A DNA stretch of 64,000 nt. It comes from an uncultured Candidatus Saccharibacteria bacterium (lineage in GTDB: Bacteria; Patescibacteriota; Minisyncoccia; Phycocordibacterales; DSPV01). The notes below the pieces were generated by a model that saw only the letters and a program-made list of their open reading frames with translations, did not search any database and was not told the origin of the DNA. The position numbers and the translations under genes were made by a program. Of the stretch, positions 51,516 to 60,885 are shown piece by piece (the stretch's first letter is position 1; every line of letters begins with the position of its first letter). Location of the stretch: the NCBI GenBank assembly GCA_964574355.1, contig CAZNMD010000002.1:16595-80594 (forward strand), read 5' to 3'.

Positions 51516-51586
51516 TTGCGGGGCCGGGAATTGCACCCGGGCCTCCAGGTTATGAGCCTGACGAGGTACTACTCCTCCACCCCGCG
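51516..51586 (-). tRNA. tRNA-Met (CAU), initiator-like
   Basis: C1-A72 mismatch, gcgggg/ccccgc acceptor, ctCATaa anticodon loop. Confidence 0.9.
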
Positions 51587-51672
51587 ATAGGAGACAATAA
51601 TACTCTGATTTTTACTATATGGCAAGGATATTTGCAGATGATTTTTTATGTTACTATCACACGAGACAACAC

Positions 51673-51787
51673 TTGTGTTTGGTGAAGTGAGGTGATTCAC
51701 TGCTTTTTGCAGGAGAAAATTCCTCCACTGTCGCGCAACGGTAATTCTCGCTTTGGGGCGAGATGAAGTCCGATCCCAACCACACAA
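51673..51787 (+). promoter_or_regulatory. Cobalamin riboswitch (class II / AdoCbl-variant-like)
   Basis: GAAG-TGAGG...AAATTCCTC, CTGTCGCGCAACGGTAA and AAGTCCGA B12-box-like segment; closing helix tgtgtttgg/caaccacaca; lies upstream of an ECF S component. Confidence 0.75.
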
Positions 51788-51924
51788 ATCTTCGTCGAAG
51801 GATTTGAATCGCTCGCGTCAGGCAATGAGTATTACCTTAAGTGATACTTAATTACTAACCTGCCGTGGCAGGTATTTTTTATGCCTGCCAGAGTAAGAAG
51901 GTGTGTCATTAAGAGAGAAAATAT

Positions 51925-52479
51925 ATGGATGAAAAACAAAACCTAAAAACAGGTTACTTGAAGTTAATCATTGGGTGGCTTGTAGTTTTTGCTATCCGTT
52001 TGTTTCCATTTCGTCCACCAAACGTTGAACCGATTCTTGCAACATTGATGCCGTTTTCCAAACGTTACGGTCCGTTAACTGGGTTTTTGTTTGGTTCACT
52101 TTCGATTGTTTTTCTTGATTTGGCTATCGGGCAGGTTGGTATGTGGACTTTGGTTACAGCTCTGGCATATGGACTGCTTGGTGTTTATTCGCATTTTGCA
52201 CTGAGGAATAAAAGAGGTGTGTCTTCATATGTAATAACAGGGGTTATTGGAACACTTGTTTATGATGCTGTGACTGGGTTATCAGTTGGTCCCTTGTTCT
52301 TCGGTCAGTCTTTTATGGGAGCTTTAATAGGACAGATTCCTTTTACGCTTATGCATGTGGCTGGAACTGTTGCGTTTTCACTTACGGTATCGCCGTTTGT
52401 TGAAAGGTGGATTATTGGCGCTCCTCGACTCGAAACGGGTGCTATTTTTGCGCGATTGAATTTTTTCGCATCTAAATAG
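51925..52479 (+). CDS. ECF transporter S component, CbrT/BtuM-like (probable cobalamin uptake)
   Basis: PPNVEP motif, about 6 TM segments, HVAGT; riboswitch upstream. Confidence 0.75.
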   Translation: MDEKQNLKTGYLKLIIGWLVVFAIRLFPFRPPNVEPILATLMPFSKRYGPLTGFLFGSLSIVFLDLAIGQVGMWTLVTALAYGLLGVYSHFALRNKRGVSSYVITGVIGTLVYDAVTGLSVGPLFFGQSFMGALIGQIPFTLMHVAGTVAFSLTVSPFVERWIIGAPRLETGAIFARLNFFASK

Positions 52480-52540
52480 CGATTGATTCCCCTCGACGGC
52501 TTGCTGTCGAGGGGTTTTTCTATTATCGTGTCTTTACGTG

Positions 52541-52614
52541 GCCGGCGTAGTTCAATGGTAGAACGAAGGACTCATAAGCCTTAAACACAGGTCCGATTCC
52601 TGTCGCCGGCACCA
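52541..52614 (+). tRNA. tRNA-Met (CAU), elongator-like
   Basis: gccggcg/cgccggc acceptor, ctCATaa loop, encoded CCA. Confidence 0.88.
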
Positions 52615-52687
52615 TAGTTTTGCGAATACTGCGTTTTTCTGATACATTTTGTTCTGTTCGGATATTGTGCTGGTTAGTTACAAATAT

Positions 52688-52761
52688 GCGGCCATAGCTC
52701 AATTGGTTAGAGCACTCCCCTGTCACGGGAGAGGTTGCCGGTTCGAGCCCGGTTGGCCGCG
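52688..52761 (+). tRNA. tRNA-Asp (GUC)
   Basis: gcggcca/tggccgc acceptor, ctccc-ctGTCac-gggag anticodon arm. Confidence 0.95.
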
Positions 52762-52847
52762 CACTACGGGACTTAAGGAGGCAAAAGCCTCCTTTTGTCT
52801 TTCTGTGCAGTGTGTTTGAAATAGGGTCGCGTGTATACTATATATCC

Positions 52848-53366
52848 ATGTATACGCGTCGAGGATTTACTTTAATTGAGCTATTGGTGGTGATTGCTAT
52901 CATCGGGATGCTTTCTTCTGTGGCGATTTCTTCTTATAATTTTGCTCGTGAAAATGCAAAGTTGTCGCGTGTTCGAGCGGAGTTAAGACAAATTGCCTTA
53001 GCTCTTGAATTGTATGTTGATAATACAAATGGTGTGTATCCTGCCGATGTTGCTCGAAACGTGTTACCACCTGGCCTTGATCCATACTTAGGTTCGAGTG
53101 GTTGGCCAGTACCACCGTGGCCAGGAGCTTTTTATGATTGGGATAATTGGAATATTGCAGGAGTGGTTGTTCAACAAATCAGTGTTCGTTTTTGTCCACT
53201 CACTACTTCGCCCCCGTCGGATTGTACGTTTCCTGGATATTCATGGATTACACCCGCGTGGGATGGGTATAGCTCGGCATATTATTGTGTTACGGGTCCC
53301 TGTCGGGCTCATGAGAGTCAGCCTCCTGCGCATCCGGCGTATTGTTTGGGTGGAAAATGTCAGTAG
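52848..53366 (+). CDS. Orphan type IV pilin / GspG-like protein with Cys-rich C-terminus
   Basis: RG/FTLIELLVVIAIIGML; ALELY...YP; six Cys. Confidence 0.85.
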   Translation: MYTRRGFTLIELLVVIAIIGMLSSVAISSYNFARENAKLSRVRAELRQIALALELYVDNTNGVYPADVARNVLPPGLDPYLGSSGWPVPPWPGAFYDWDNWNIAGVVVQQISVRFCPLTTSPPSDCTFPGYSWITPAWDGYSSAYYCVTGPCRAHESQPPAHPAYCLGGKCQ

Positions 53367-53390
53367 GTTTAATGATGAAATTGTCTTTTC

Positions 53391-53666
53391 ATGAGTAAAC
53401 AATTTCGTGCCATCGTAAAAGGGAGAGTACAACTCGTAATGTATCGTGATTTTTGTCAGCGCAAGGCGCGAGCATTAGGCATTGTTGGTTTTGCAAAAAA
53501 TCTTTCAGATGGGACAGTTGAGGTGATTGCAAGGGGAGAGGAGTCTCTGTTAATTATGTATATTGAGAAATTGAAAAAAGGATCGATTCTTTCAAAAGTT
53601 GAAGGTGTTGATGTTGTATGGCAGGAGCCAACATTTGTTGGAGATGATTTTTTGATTGCGTATTAA
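53391..53666 (+). CDS. acyP: Acylphosphatase
   Basis: VKGRVQLVMYR and GFAKNLSDGTVEV. Confidence 0.9.
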   Translation: MSKQFRAIVKGRVQLVMYRDFCQRKARALGIVGFAKNLSDGTVEVIARGEESLLIMYIEKLKKGSILSKVEGVDVVWQEPTFVGDDFLIAY

Positions 53667-53669
53667 AAA

Positions 53670-54368
53670 ATGAAAACTGATTTGACTGTAAAAATTCCTT
53701 TATCGATCGGTATTATTATGGATGGAAATCGTCGCTTTGCTAAAGCTCACGGTTTGCCGCAAGTAGAAGGGCATCGATTGGGGTATGCGAAGCTTAAAGA
53801 GGTAGCGGGGTGGTGTCAGGAAGTCGGTATCAAATTTCTTACTGTTTATGCGTTTTCAACAGAAAACTGGAATCGCTCAAAAGACGAGGTTTCTTACCTT
53901 GTTGATCTTTTTAAAACAGTTCTTTTTTCTGAAGCAGAAAAGATTCAAAAAGAACACGGAGCTATTAGGTTTATTGGCGACCTTGGTCGTTTTAGTAAAG
54001 ACATGGTGGCAAAAATTAAAGAACTCGAAAATAATAATCCAGTCGAGCCAAATCTCACGCTTGTTGTGGCCCTTTCATATGGTGGCCGCTTAGAAATTCT
54101 CAGTGCAATTAATAAATTGATCGAGAAAGGAAGTGTAACCTCTTTTACTGAGGAAGAATTTTCAAAGCAGCTTTGGAGTACGGGAATTCCCGATCCTGAT
54201 CTTATTATTCGCGTTGGTGGCGAAAAGCGTCTTTCAAATTTTCTTACATGGCAATCGGTGTACAGTGAACTCTTTTTTTCTGATACTACATGGCCCGCAT
54301 TTACTAAAGAAGAATTCCTCTCGATTCTTGAAGAATTTTCAAATCGTGACCGTCGGATGGGGAAGTGA
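53670..54368 (+). CDS. uppS: Undecaprenyl diphosphate synthase
   Basis: IMDGNRR, YAFSTENWNR and RLSNFL. Confidence 0.97.
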   Translation: MKTDLTVKIPLSIGIIMDGNRRFAKAHGLPQVEGHRLGYAKLKEVAGWCQEVGIKFLTVYAFSTENWNRSKDEVSYLVDLFKTVLFSEAEKIQKEHGAIRFIGDLGRFSKDMVAKIKELENNNPVEPNLTLVVALSYGGRLEILSAINKLIEKGSVTSFTEEEFSKQLWSTGIPDPDLIIRVGGEKRLSNFLTWQSVYSELFFSDTTWPAFTKEEFLSILEEFSNRDRRMGK

Positions 54369-54389
54369 TTTTTGACTTTGATAAGGTAA

Positions 54390-54746
54390 ATGAGTAGCAT
54401 CCTGTTAGGAGCTGTTTTTAGTATGAGTAACAATACAGAAATTGATCGAGATGAGTTGGTGTCCTGGACAAGAAAAATTATCGAGTCGCCATTTTGGATT
54501 CCTGATTTAGAGACAATGGTCCCTTATGAAAGAATTCAAGATGATCACGACGGAACCAAAGAAGGACGAATGATTCTTCAGATTAGTACGGATGGTGATG
54601 TTTGGTTTATGACTGACAAACACCACCCCTCCATGCGTTTTCGGATGCCGGGCATTGGAGGTGGCATGAGTCCGCGAGTTCGTAATGCGCTTATGATTCT
54701 TGCTTTTGCTATAAAGCTTGATAATCAAGAGATTCCCCAAGAGTAG
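54390..54746 (+). CDS. Hypothetical protein (start may be 54423)
   Basis: ORF with DDHDG and RFR...GGG.SP; followed by a terminator. Confidence 0.6.
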   Translation: MSSILLGAVFSMSNNTEIDRDELVSWTRKIIESPFWIPDLETMVPYERIQDDHDGTKEGRMILQISTDGDVWFMTDKHHPSMRFRMPGIGGGMSPRVRNALMILAFAIKLDNQEIPQE

Positions 54747-54930
54747 TTTTTTTTGTTTGTTTTAAACCCCTGTTCTCAAAAAGAAACGATGGGGTTTTCT
54801 TTTGCTTAAAAAACTAGTATGATTCGACATATTCGGCTTGAAAATTGGACAAGGCCGATGTAGCTGTCTTGGTAGGTCGAAATGTTATTGATGGTGCGTA
54901 CGTTTGAGAAACTTGAAAATTGAATAATAT

Positions 54931-55003
54931 GCCGATGTAGCTCAGTTGGTAGAGCACGTCATTGGTAATGACGAGGTCATCAGTTCAATCCTGATCATCG
55001 GCT
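54931..55003 (+). tRNA. tRNA-Thr (GGU)
   Basis: gccgatg/catcggc acceptor, cgtca-ttGGTaa-tgacg anticodon arm. Confidence 0.95.
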
Positions 55004-55083
55004 CCTTTATGCACCAAAGTAGCCGTCTTGGTAACTTTTACTAAAGGTGGTAGAAATAGGATTGAATTTCAGTATCAGTATGC

Positions 55084-55159
55084 GCCAAAGTAGCTCAGTT
55101 GGTAGAGCACCGCTTTCGTAAAGCGGGGGTCGCCAGTTCAATCCTGGCCTTTGGCTCCA
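55084..55159 (+). tRNA. tRNA-Thr (CGU)
   Basis: gccaaag/ctttggc acceptor, ccgct-ttCGTaa-agcgg anticodon arm, encoded CCA. Confidence 0.95.
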
Positions 55160-55178
55160 AAATTTATATCGTGAGAAT

Positions 55179-55619
55179 ATGAATAAAAAGGAATCGTACG
55201 CGGTTGCATCAGTTAAGGCGTTTATTGAACATAACGGAAAGATTTTGATTTTACGGGAGTCAAAAAAATATTCTGGAGGAACAAATCATGGTTTATATGT
55301 TATGCCTGGTGGAAAAGTTAATGAAGGTGAACATTTTTTAGATGCCTTGAGACGCGAGATTAGGGAGGAGTGTGGGCTTATTTCTAAGATAAAAATAGGA
55401 CGTCCTTTTCATGTTGATGAGTGGTATGTATCGGTTCCTGGAAAACCGCGTCAAATTGTCGGAACGTATTTTCATTGTAAATCTCAAAAGGCTGATATTG
55501 TTACGAATAGTGAATTTGATGACCATAAGTGGATTAATCCACGTTCATATAATCGGTATTTTTTAAATGATGCAGCTAAGCGGGCGTTTAAGGCTTTTAA
55601 TCAATTACAGAAGCGTTGA
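55179..55619 (+). CDS. NUDIX hydrolase
   Basis: Nudix box PGGKVNEGEHFLDALRREIREECG. Confidence 0.92.
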   Translation: MNKKESYAVASVKAFIEHNGKILILRESKKYSGGTNHGLYVMPGGKVNEGEHFLDALRREIREECGLISKIKIGRPFHVDEWYVSVPGKPRQIVGTYFHCKSQKADIVTNSEFDDHKWINPRSYNRYFLNDAAKRAFKAFNQLQKR

Positions 55620-55646
55620 AGCAAAAAATGCGTTACTATGGTGCGC

Positions 55647-56534
55647 ATGACTCTTGATGAAATGAAAATGCGAGCTGCCGAGATTGAAACGCTTATGATG
55701 AATGGCGATTTTTGGGCTGATAAGGTAAAGGCTCAAACCCTGATTAAGGAATTAAATGAATTAAAGGCTGATATTGAATCAGGGGGTCCTGGTGGTCGGT
55801 ATGATCGAGGGGATGCCATCATGACGATTTTTTCTGGTGCAGGTGGAGATGATTCGGAAGATTTTTCACGAATGCTTTTAGATATGTATTTGAAATACAT
55901 TCAAAAGAAGGGTTGGGAAACTCAGCTTTTACATGAAAATAAAAATGATCACGGCGGTTTTAGAAATGTGACCATTGAAATTAGTGGAAAAAATGTTTAT
56001 GGTACCCTTAAAAATGAATCGGGCGTTCATCGATTGGTACGCCTTTCACCTTTTAACGCTAATTCGTTAAGGCATACGTCGTTTTCTATGGTTGAAGTGA
56101 TTCCAAAACTTGAGAAGACCGTTGATATTCCTCTACCTGAATCTGAGCTTGAAATTTCAATTGCTCGGTCCGGCGGTCCGGGTGGTCAAAATGTAAATAA
56201 AAGAGAGACAGCCGTTCGAATTGTTCATTTGCCGACAAAACTTTCTGTACATGTAACAAGTGAGCGTAGTCAGGCTCAGAACAAGGAAAAGGCACTCGAT
56301 TTGTTGAGGGGTAAGCTTTATAAATTAAAAGAAGAAGAGCGTATTGCAAAAGAGAAGGGAATGTACGTATCAAAGACAACATCTGTCGAGTGGGGTAATC
56401 AAATTCGTTCTTATGTTCTCCATCCTTATAAGATGGTTAAGGATCATCGGACTGATGTTGAAACGTCACAAGTAGATAAAGTGTTAGAAGATGGTGATTT
56501 GGATGCTTTTATTGAGGCAGAGAAGAGGTTATAG
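55647..56534 (+). CDS. prfB: Peptide chain release factor 2 (short form)
   Basis: GVHRLVRLSPF (SPF motif), GGQ and QIRSYVLHPY. Confidence 0.93.
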   Translation: MTLDEMKMRAAEIETLMMNGDFWADKVKAQTLIKELNELKADIESGGPGGRYDRGDAIMTIFSGAGGDDSEDFSRMLLDMYLKYIQKKGWETQLLHENKNDHGGFRNVTIEISGKNVYGTLKNESGVHRLVRLSPFNANSLRHTSFSMVEVIPKLEKTVDIPLPESELEISIARSGGPGGQNVNKRETAVRIVHLPTKLSVHVTSERSQAQNKEKALDLLRGKLYKLKEEERIAKEKGMYVSKTTSVEWGNQIRSYVLHPYKMVKDHRTDVETSQVDKVLEDGDLDAFIEAEKRL

Positions 56535-56657
56535 TTCGATAGTTGAAAGTGTTCTCGAGCCTTTCATCATCTTTTTGATGAGTGGTATACTAAAAAGGAG
56601 AGCGCTTTATTTTTTGTTTTGCGTAAGCCGACGTGTCAAAGTTGAGAGCTCTCTTTT

Positions 56658-57338
56658 ATGATTTATTTCGACAATGTATCAAAGGTGTATTCAGATGACT
56701 CTATTGCATTAGAGGATATTACTTTTACTATTGAACCAAAAGAGTTTGTTTCAGTTGTTGGTCATTCTGGTGCTGGAAAAACAACTCTTTTGAAGATGAT
56801 TTTAGCCGAAGAAAGACCTACTCAAGGGACGGTCTTTTTTGAATCAACAAATGTTCATAAGCTTCGTCGTGGTGCGATGAGCAAGTTGCGTCGAAGAATC
56901 GGTATGATTTTTCAGGATTTTCGTCTTTTACCTCACAAAAACACGTTTGAAAATATCGCTTTTGCCATGGAGGCGGCAGGTAAAACAGAGGCGGAAATTG
57001 CGGCCGATGTCCCTCATGTTCTTGATCTTGTTGATTTGCCGCACAAAATGTGGAATTTTCCTCATGAACTATCAGGAGGAGAAAAACAACGTATTGCGAT
57101 TGCTCGGGCAATTGTAAATCAACCAGATATTATTATTGCAGATGAGCCAACCGGAAATCTCGATCCAATTAATACGTATGACGTGGTGCAAATTTTAAAA
57201 AAGGTGAACGATCTTGGTACCACTGTTATTTTAACAACGCACAACAAGGGAGTTATTGATTCAATTGGGAAACGTGTTATTACCATGGATCGTGGACGAA
57301 TTATTCGTGATGACCGTGATGGTCGCTATATGCTTTAA
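56658..57338 (+). CDS. ftsE: Cell-division ABC ATPase FtsE
   Basis: GHSGAGKT, FQDFRLL, LSGGE and DEPTGNLD; adjacent to ftsX. Confidence 0.93.
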   Translation: MIYFDNVSKVYSDDSIALEDITFTIEPKEFVSVVGHSGAGKTTLLKMILAEERPTQGTVFFESTNVHKLRRGAMSKLRRRIGMIFQDFRLLPHKNTFENIAFAMEAAGKTEAEIAADVPHVLDLVDLPHKMWNFPHELSGGEKQRIAIARAIVNQPDIIIADEPTGNLDPINTYDVVQILKKVNDLGTTVILTTHNKGVIDSIGKRVITMDRGRIIRDDRDGRYML

Positions 57339-57346
57339 TTCAATTT

Positions 57347-58294
57347 ATGTTTTTAGTACACATCAAGCGCATTTTTAGGACAGGGGTTGTGAGTTTTTGG
57401 AGAAACGGTTTTGTTTCTCTGGCGTCAATCTTGGTGATGGTTATTGCGCTTTTTGTTGCTGGGGCAGTGGTATTTAATAATGCGCTACTCAACGCTTCTC
57501 TCGATGAGCTTCGTGATAAAGTTGATATTAATGCTTATTTTGTAACAACTGCCGCCGAAGAAGATATCCTTGCTCTCAAGCGGACAATAGAAGCTCTTCC
57601 GGAAGTTGCCAGTGTTGAATATGTTTCTCGTGAGGAGGCGTTGGCTCGTTTTGGTGAACGTCACGCAAATGATGATCTTATTATTCAGGCCCTTGAAGAG
57701 CTTGATGATAATCCTTTAGGTGCAGTATTGAATATTAAAGCGAAGGACCCCTCTCAATATGAAAGTGTTGCAAATTTCTTAAAAGAAGGAGAGACCCTTG
57801 AAAGTGGAGGGACCTCAATTATTTATCGGGTCAACTATTTTCAAAATAAAGCAGCGATTGATCGGTTGACTGAAATTATAGCTTCCACTGAATGGTCAAA
57901 TGTTGTTCGAACGATTGTGTTGATTGTGATCTCTTTAATTGTGTCGTTCAATACGATTCGTCTCGCTATCTATACTTCTCGTGAGGAGATTTCGGTTATG
58001 CGTCTTGTGGGGGCTTCAAATGGGTATATTCGCGGACCTTTTATTGTTGTTGGGGTTTTGTACGGTCTTATTGCTGGAATTATCACTATTTCTATTTTTT
58101 ATCCGGTTACCTATTATTTTGGGCCACTTTTCTATCCATTACCCCTCTTTCTCACTGGGACAGTTGAGCAAGTAACGTTATTTAGGTATTTTGTTGAAAA
58201 TTTTGTTGAAATTGCAGGTATTATTTTTGGTTCAGGTATTGTGTTAGGCGCTGTTTCCAGTTGGCTTGCTGTTCGTCGTTATTTGTCATTGTAA
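57347..58294 (+). CDS. ftsX: Cell-division permease FtsX
   Basis: NPL and NTIRLAIY..REEI.VMRLVGA. Confidence 0.93.
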   Translation: MFLVHIKRIFRTGVVSFWRNGFVSLASILVMVIALFVAGAVVFNNALLNASLDELRDKVDINAYFVTTAAEEDILALKRTIEALPEVASVEYVSREEALARFGERHANDDLIIQALEELDDNPLGAVLNIKAKDPSQYESVANFLKEGETLESGGTSIIYRVNYFQNKAAIDRLTEIIASTEWSNVVRTIVLIVISLIVSFNTIRLAIYTSREEISVMRLVGASNGYIRGPFIVVGVLYGLIAGIITISIFYPVTYYFGPLFYPLPLFLTGTVEQVTLFRYFVENFVEIAGIIFGSGIVLGAVSSWLAVRRYLSL

Positions 58295-58439
58295 GAGCTT
58301 TTTATCGAGGAGATTTATGTGTGTTTTTTTAAAGCCTGTTTTTGCGTGCTTTTCGATTTTGTTGCCCATTGTGATATGTCTCGCCGGGCGTTTCCTAGTG
58401 GTGTAAAATACTTCAGTTAATCGTTTATTCGTCGATATC

Positions 58440-60083
58440 GTGAAAAAAGGACACAAGTATATCTTCGTGGTTGGTGGGGTGATGAGCGGTGTCGGTAAGG
58501 GAATCGCTACCTCTTCCATCGGTACTATTTTGAAGGCCAAAGGTTATCGTGTGAATCCAGTAAAAGTTGATCCTTATTTAAACGTCGACGCAGGTACTAT
58601 GAACCCCACCGAACATGGTGAGGTTTTTGTTTTAAATTCTGGACTAGAGACTGATCAGGATATGGGCAATTATGAGCGTTTCTTGGAGATTGATTTGGGA
58701 CCAGATGATTACATGACGAGCGGTATGGTATACAAGGCGGTTATTGATCGGGAACGAGCACTTGGATATAAGGGTAAGTGTGTTGAAGCAATTCCTCATA
58801 TTACGAATGAAATTCTTGCTCGTTTTGAACGTTCTGCAAAAGAGGCGGGATCAGATATATCACTTGTGGAAATCGGTGGCACTGTTGGCGATTATCAGAA
58901 TGTTCTTTTTATTGAAGCAGCTCGAGCCTTGAAACTGAGACATCCAAACGATGTTATTTTTATAATGGTTTCTTTTCTTCCTGTTCCTTCAACGTTGGGT
59001 GAAATGAAAACTCGTCCGACGCAACACGCGGTTCGTCAATTGAATTCGTATGGTGTTCAGCCAGATATTATTATTGCTCGTGGTCCCGTTCCACTTGATC
59101 TTAGGCGCAAAGAAAAAATAGCTATTTCTTCTAATGTTCCTGTTGAAAATGTTATTTCTGCTCCTGATATTGAAAGCGTATATGATGTGCCTTTGAATTT
59201 TGATAAAGATCGTATTGGTGAGCGTATTTTAGATGTTTTTTCACTTCGGCCAAAAGATAAGAAAGGAGCTCTTATGGATAAATGGAAAGCTTTTGCTGAT
59301 GGTGTAAAGTCAGCCAAAAGAGAAGTGTCTATTGGGATTGTTGGAAAATATTTTGATACAGGAGATTTTGTTTTATCTGACGCCTATGTTTCAGTGATCG
59401 AGGCAATAAAATATTCGGCGTATGCCAATGGAGTAAAACCAATCTTAACCTGGATTAATAGTAAGGATTTTGAGCGTGATCCAAAGACTGTAAAGATGCT
59501 TGGAAATCTTGATGGGGTTATTGTTCCGGGCGGTTTTGGTGAAACGGGTGTAGAAGGGAAGATTAGAGCTATACAATATTGCCGAGAAAATAAGATTCCT
59601 TATTTTGGTCTGTGTTACGGTATGCAACTTATGGTTATTGAGTATGCGCGAAATGTTGCAGGTCTTTCTGGTGCTCATACAACTGAAATTGATCCAAAAT
59701 CTCCACATCCAGTTATTGATATTATGCTGGATCAAAAGAAAAAGCTTGCAAGTAAAGATTATGGCGGATCAATGCGACTTGGTGCATATGTGGCTGAATT
59801 AAAAGCTGATACGCTTGCTCGTGAAGCTTATGGTAAGGCCTCTGTGTCAGAGCGTCATCGACATCGCTTTGAGGTTAATCCTGAATATGTTGCTCGTATT
59901 GAGTCTGCGGGGTTGGTTTTTTCAGGGCGCTCACCCGACGGTACGCTTATGGAGATTGCTGAGCTACCTCGAAATACACATCCGTTTATGCTCGGTACGC
60001 AGTTTCACCCAGAATTTCTTGCACGCCCCCTGTCTCCGCATCCATTATTTAGTGCTTTTGTTAAGGTGATTAAAAAGAAATGA
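58440..60083 (+). CDS. pyrG: CTP synthase
   Basis: GGVMSGVGKG, DPYLNVD, GLCYGMQ and QFHPE. Confidence 0.98.
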   Translation: MKKGHKYIFVVGGVMSGVGKGIATSSIGTILKAKGYRVNPVKVDPYLNVDAGTMNPTEHGEVFVLNSGLETDQDMGNYERFLEIDLGPDDYMTSGMVYKAVIDRERALGYKGKCVEAIPHITNEILARFERSAKEAGSDISLVEIGGTVGDYQNVLFIEAARALKLRHPNDVIFIMVSFLPVPSTLGEMKTRPTQHAVRQLNSYGVQPDIIIARGPVPLDLRRKEKIAISSNVPVENVISAPDIESVYDVPLNFDKDRIGERILDVFSLRPKDKKGALMDKWKAFADGVKSAKREVSIGIVGKYFDTGDFVLSDAYVSVIEAIKYSAYANGVKPILTWINSKDFERDPKTVKMLGNLDGVIVPGGFGETGVEGKIRAIQYCRENKIPYFGLCYGMQLMVIEYARNVAGLSGAHTTEIDPKSPHPVIDIMLDQKKKLASKDYGGSMRLGAYVAELKADTLAREAYGKASVSERHRHRFEVNPEYVARIESAGLVFSGRSPDGTLMEIAELPRNTHPFMLGTQFHPEFLARPLSPHPLFSAFVKVIKKK

Positions 60084-60173
60084 CGTTTTTCCTTGTGATG
60101 GTGTAGATAGAGTTTTACTGAATTTGTCCAGAGATGGGTGTGATACTATGAATATTCATTTTCTTAATATTTT

Positions 60174-60848
60174 ATGTGCAATGTTGATTGTTTAAAGTGG
60201 GCAAGTGAACAAGTTTCTCTGGAGGATGTTCAGGGTAAAAAGGTTATAGAGGTTGGGTCGTATGATGTGAACGGTAGTTTGCGTTACATTATTTCTGCAC
60301 TTAAGCCGGCTTTGTACACAGGTATCGACCTTGTTTCTGGACCCGGTGTTGATGTAGTTTGTCCTGCTGAAAAGGCTGTAGATATGTTTGGAAAAGAGAG
60401 TTTTGATATTGTTGTTTCGACATGTGTTTTTGAACATACGGAAGACTGGAGAAGCTATGTTTCGAGTCTTAAAAATTTGTGCAGAACAAAAGGTACTATT
60501 TTGCTTGTTGTTCCATCTCGGTGGGATTATCATGAATATCCGCGGGATTTTTGGCGTATCAGCCTTGAAGATATAAAAGAAATTTTTTCTGACTATCAGA
60601 TTGAAACCATACAAGAAGATAAGGGGTGGCCCGCTCTTGTGTATGCAAAGTTGATTAAGCCGGAAAAGTTTATGGAAAAGGATTTATCTGGTTATAAACT
60701 GTACTCTGTTATTACGGGCAACAAAGAACTTGTGGTTAGTCCTGGTGATTTAAAAACATTGAGATTCCATTTTTTGCGTATTGCTGGGCGTGTAAAACAG
60801 CTTATCGATACTCTTTCTTCAAAAGTATTTTGGTTATTTAGAAATTAG
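60174..60848 (+). CDS. Class I SAM-dependent methyltransferase
   Basis: IEVGS, GPGVD, FEH and HEYPRDFWR. Confidence 0.85.
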   Translation: MCNVDCLKWASEQVSLEDVQGKKVIEVGSYDVNGSLRYIISALKPALYTGIDLVSGPGVDVVCPAEKAVDMFGKESFDIVVSTCVFEHTEDWRSYVSSLKNLCRTKGTILLVVPSRWDYHEYPRDFWRISLEDIKEIFSDYQIETIQEDKGWPALVYAKLIKPEKFMEKDLSGYKLYSVITGNKELVVSPGDLKTLRFHFLRIAGRVKQLIDTLSSKVFWLFRN

Positions 60849-60885
60849 AGGCTCTAATTCATCTGATGTTCCTATATTTTCTACG

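Noticed and set aside
51300-51787. ORFs 51300-51590, 51346-51555 and 51569-51787
   Set aside because: They overlap tRNA-fMet, the repeat element and the riboswitch
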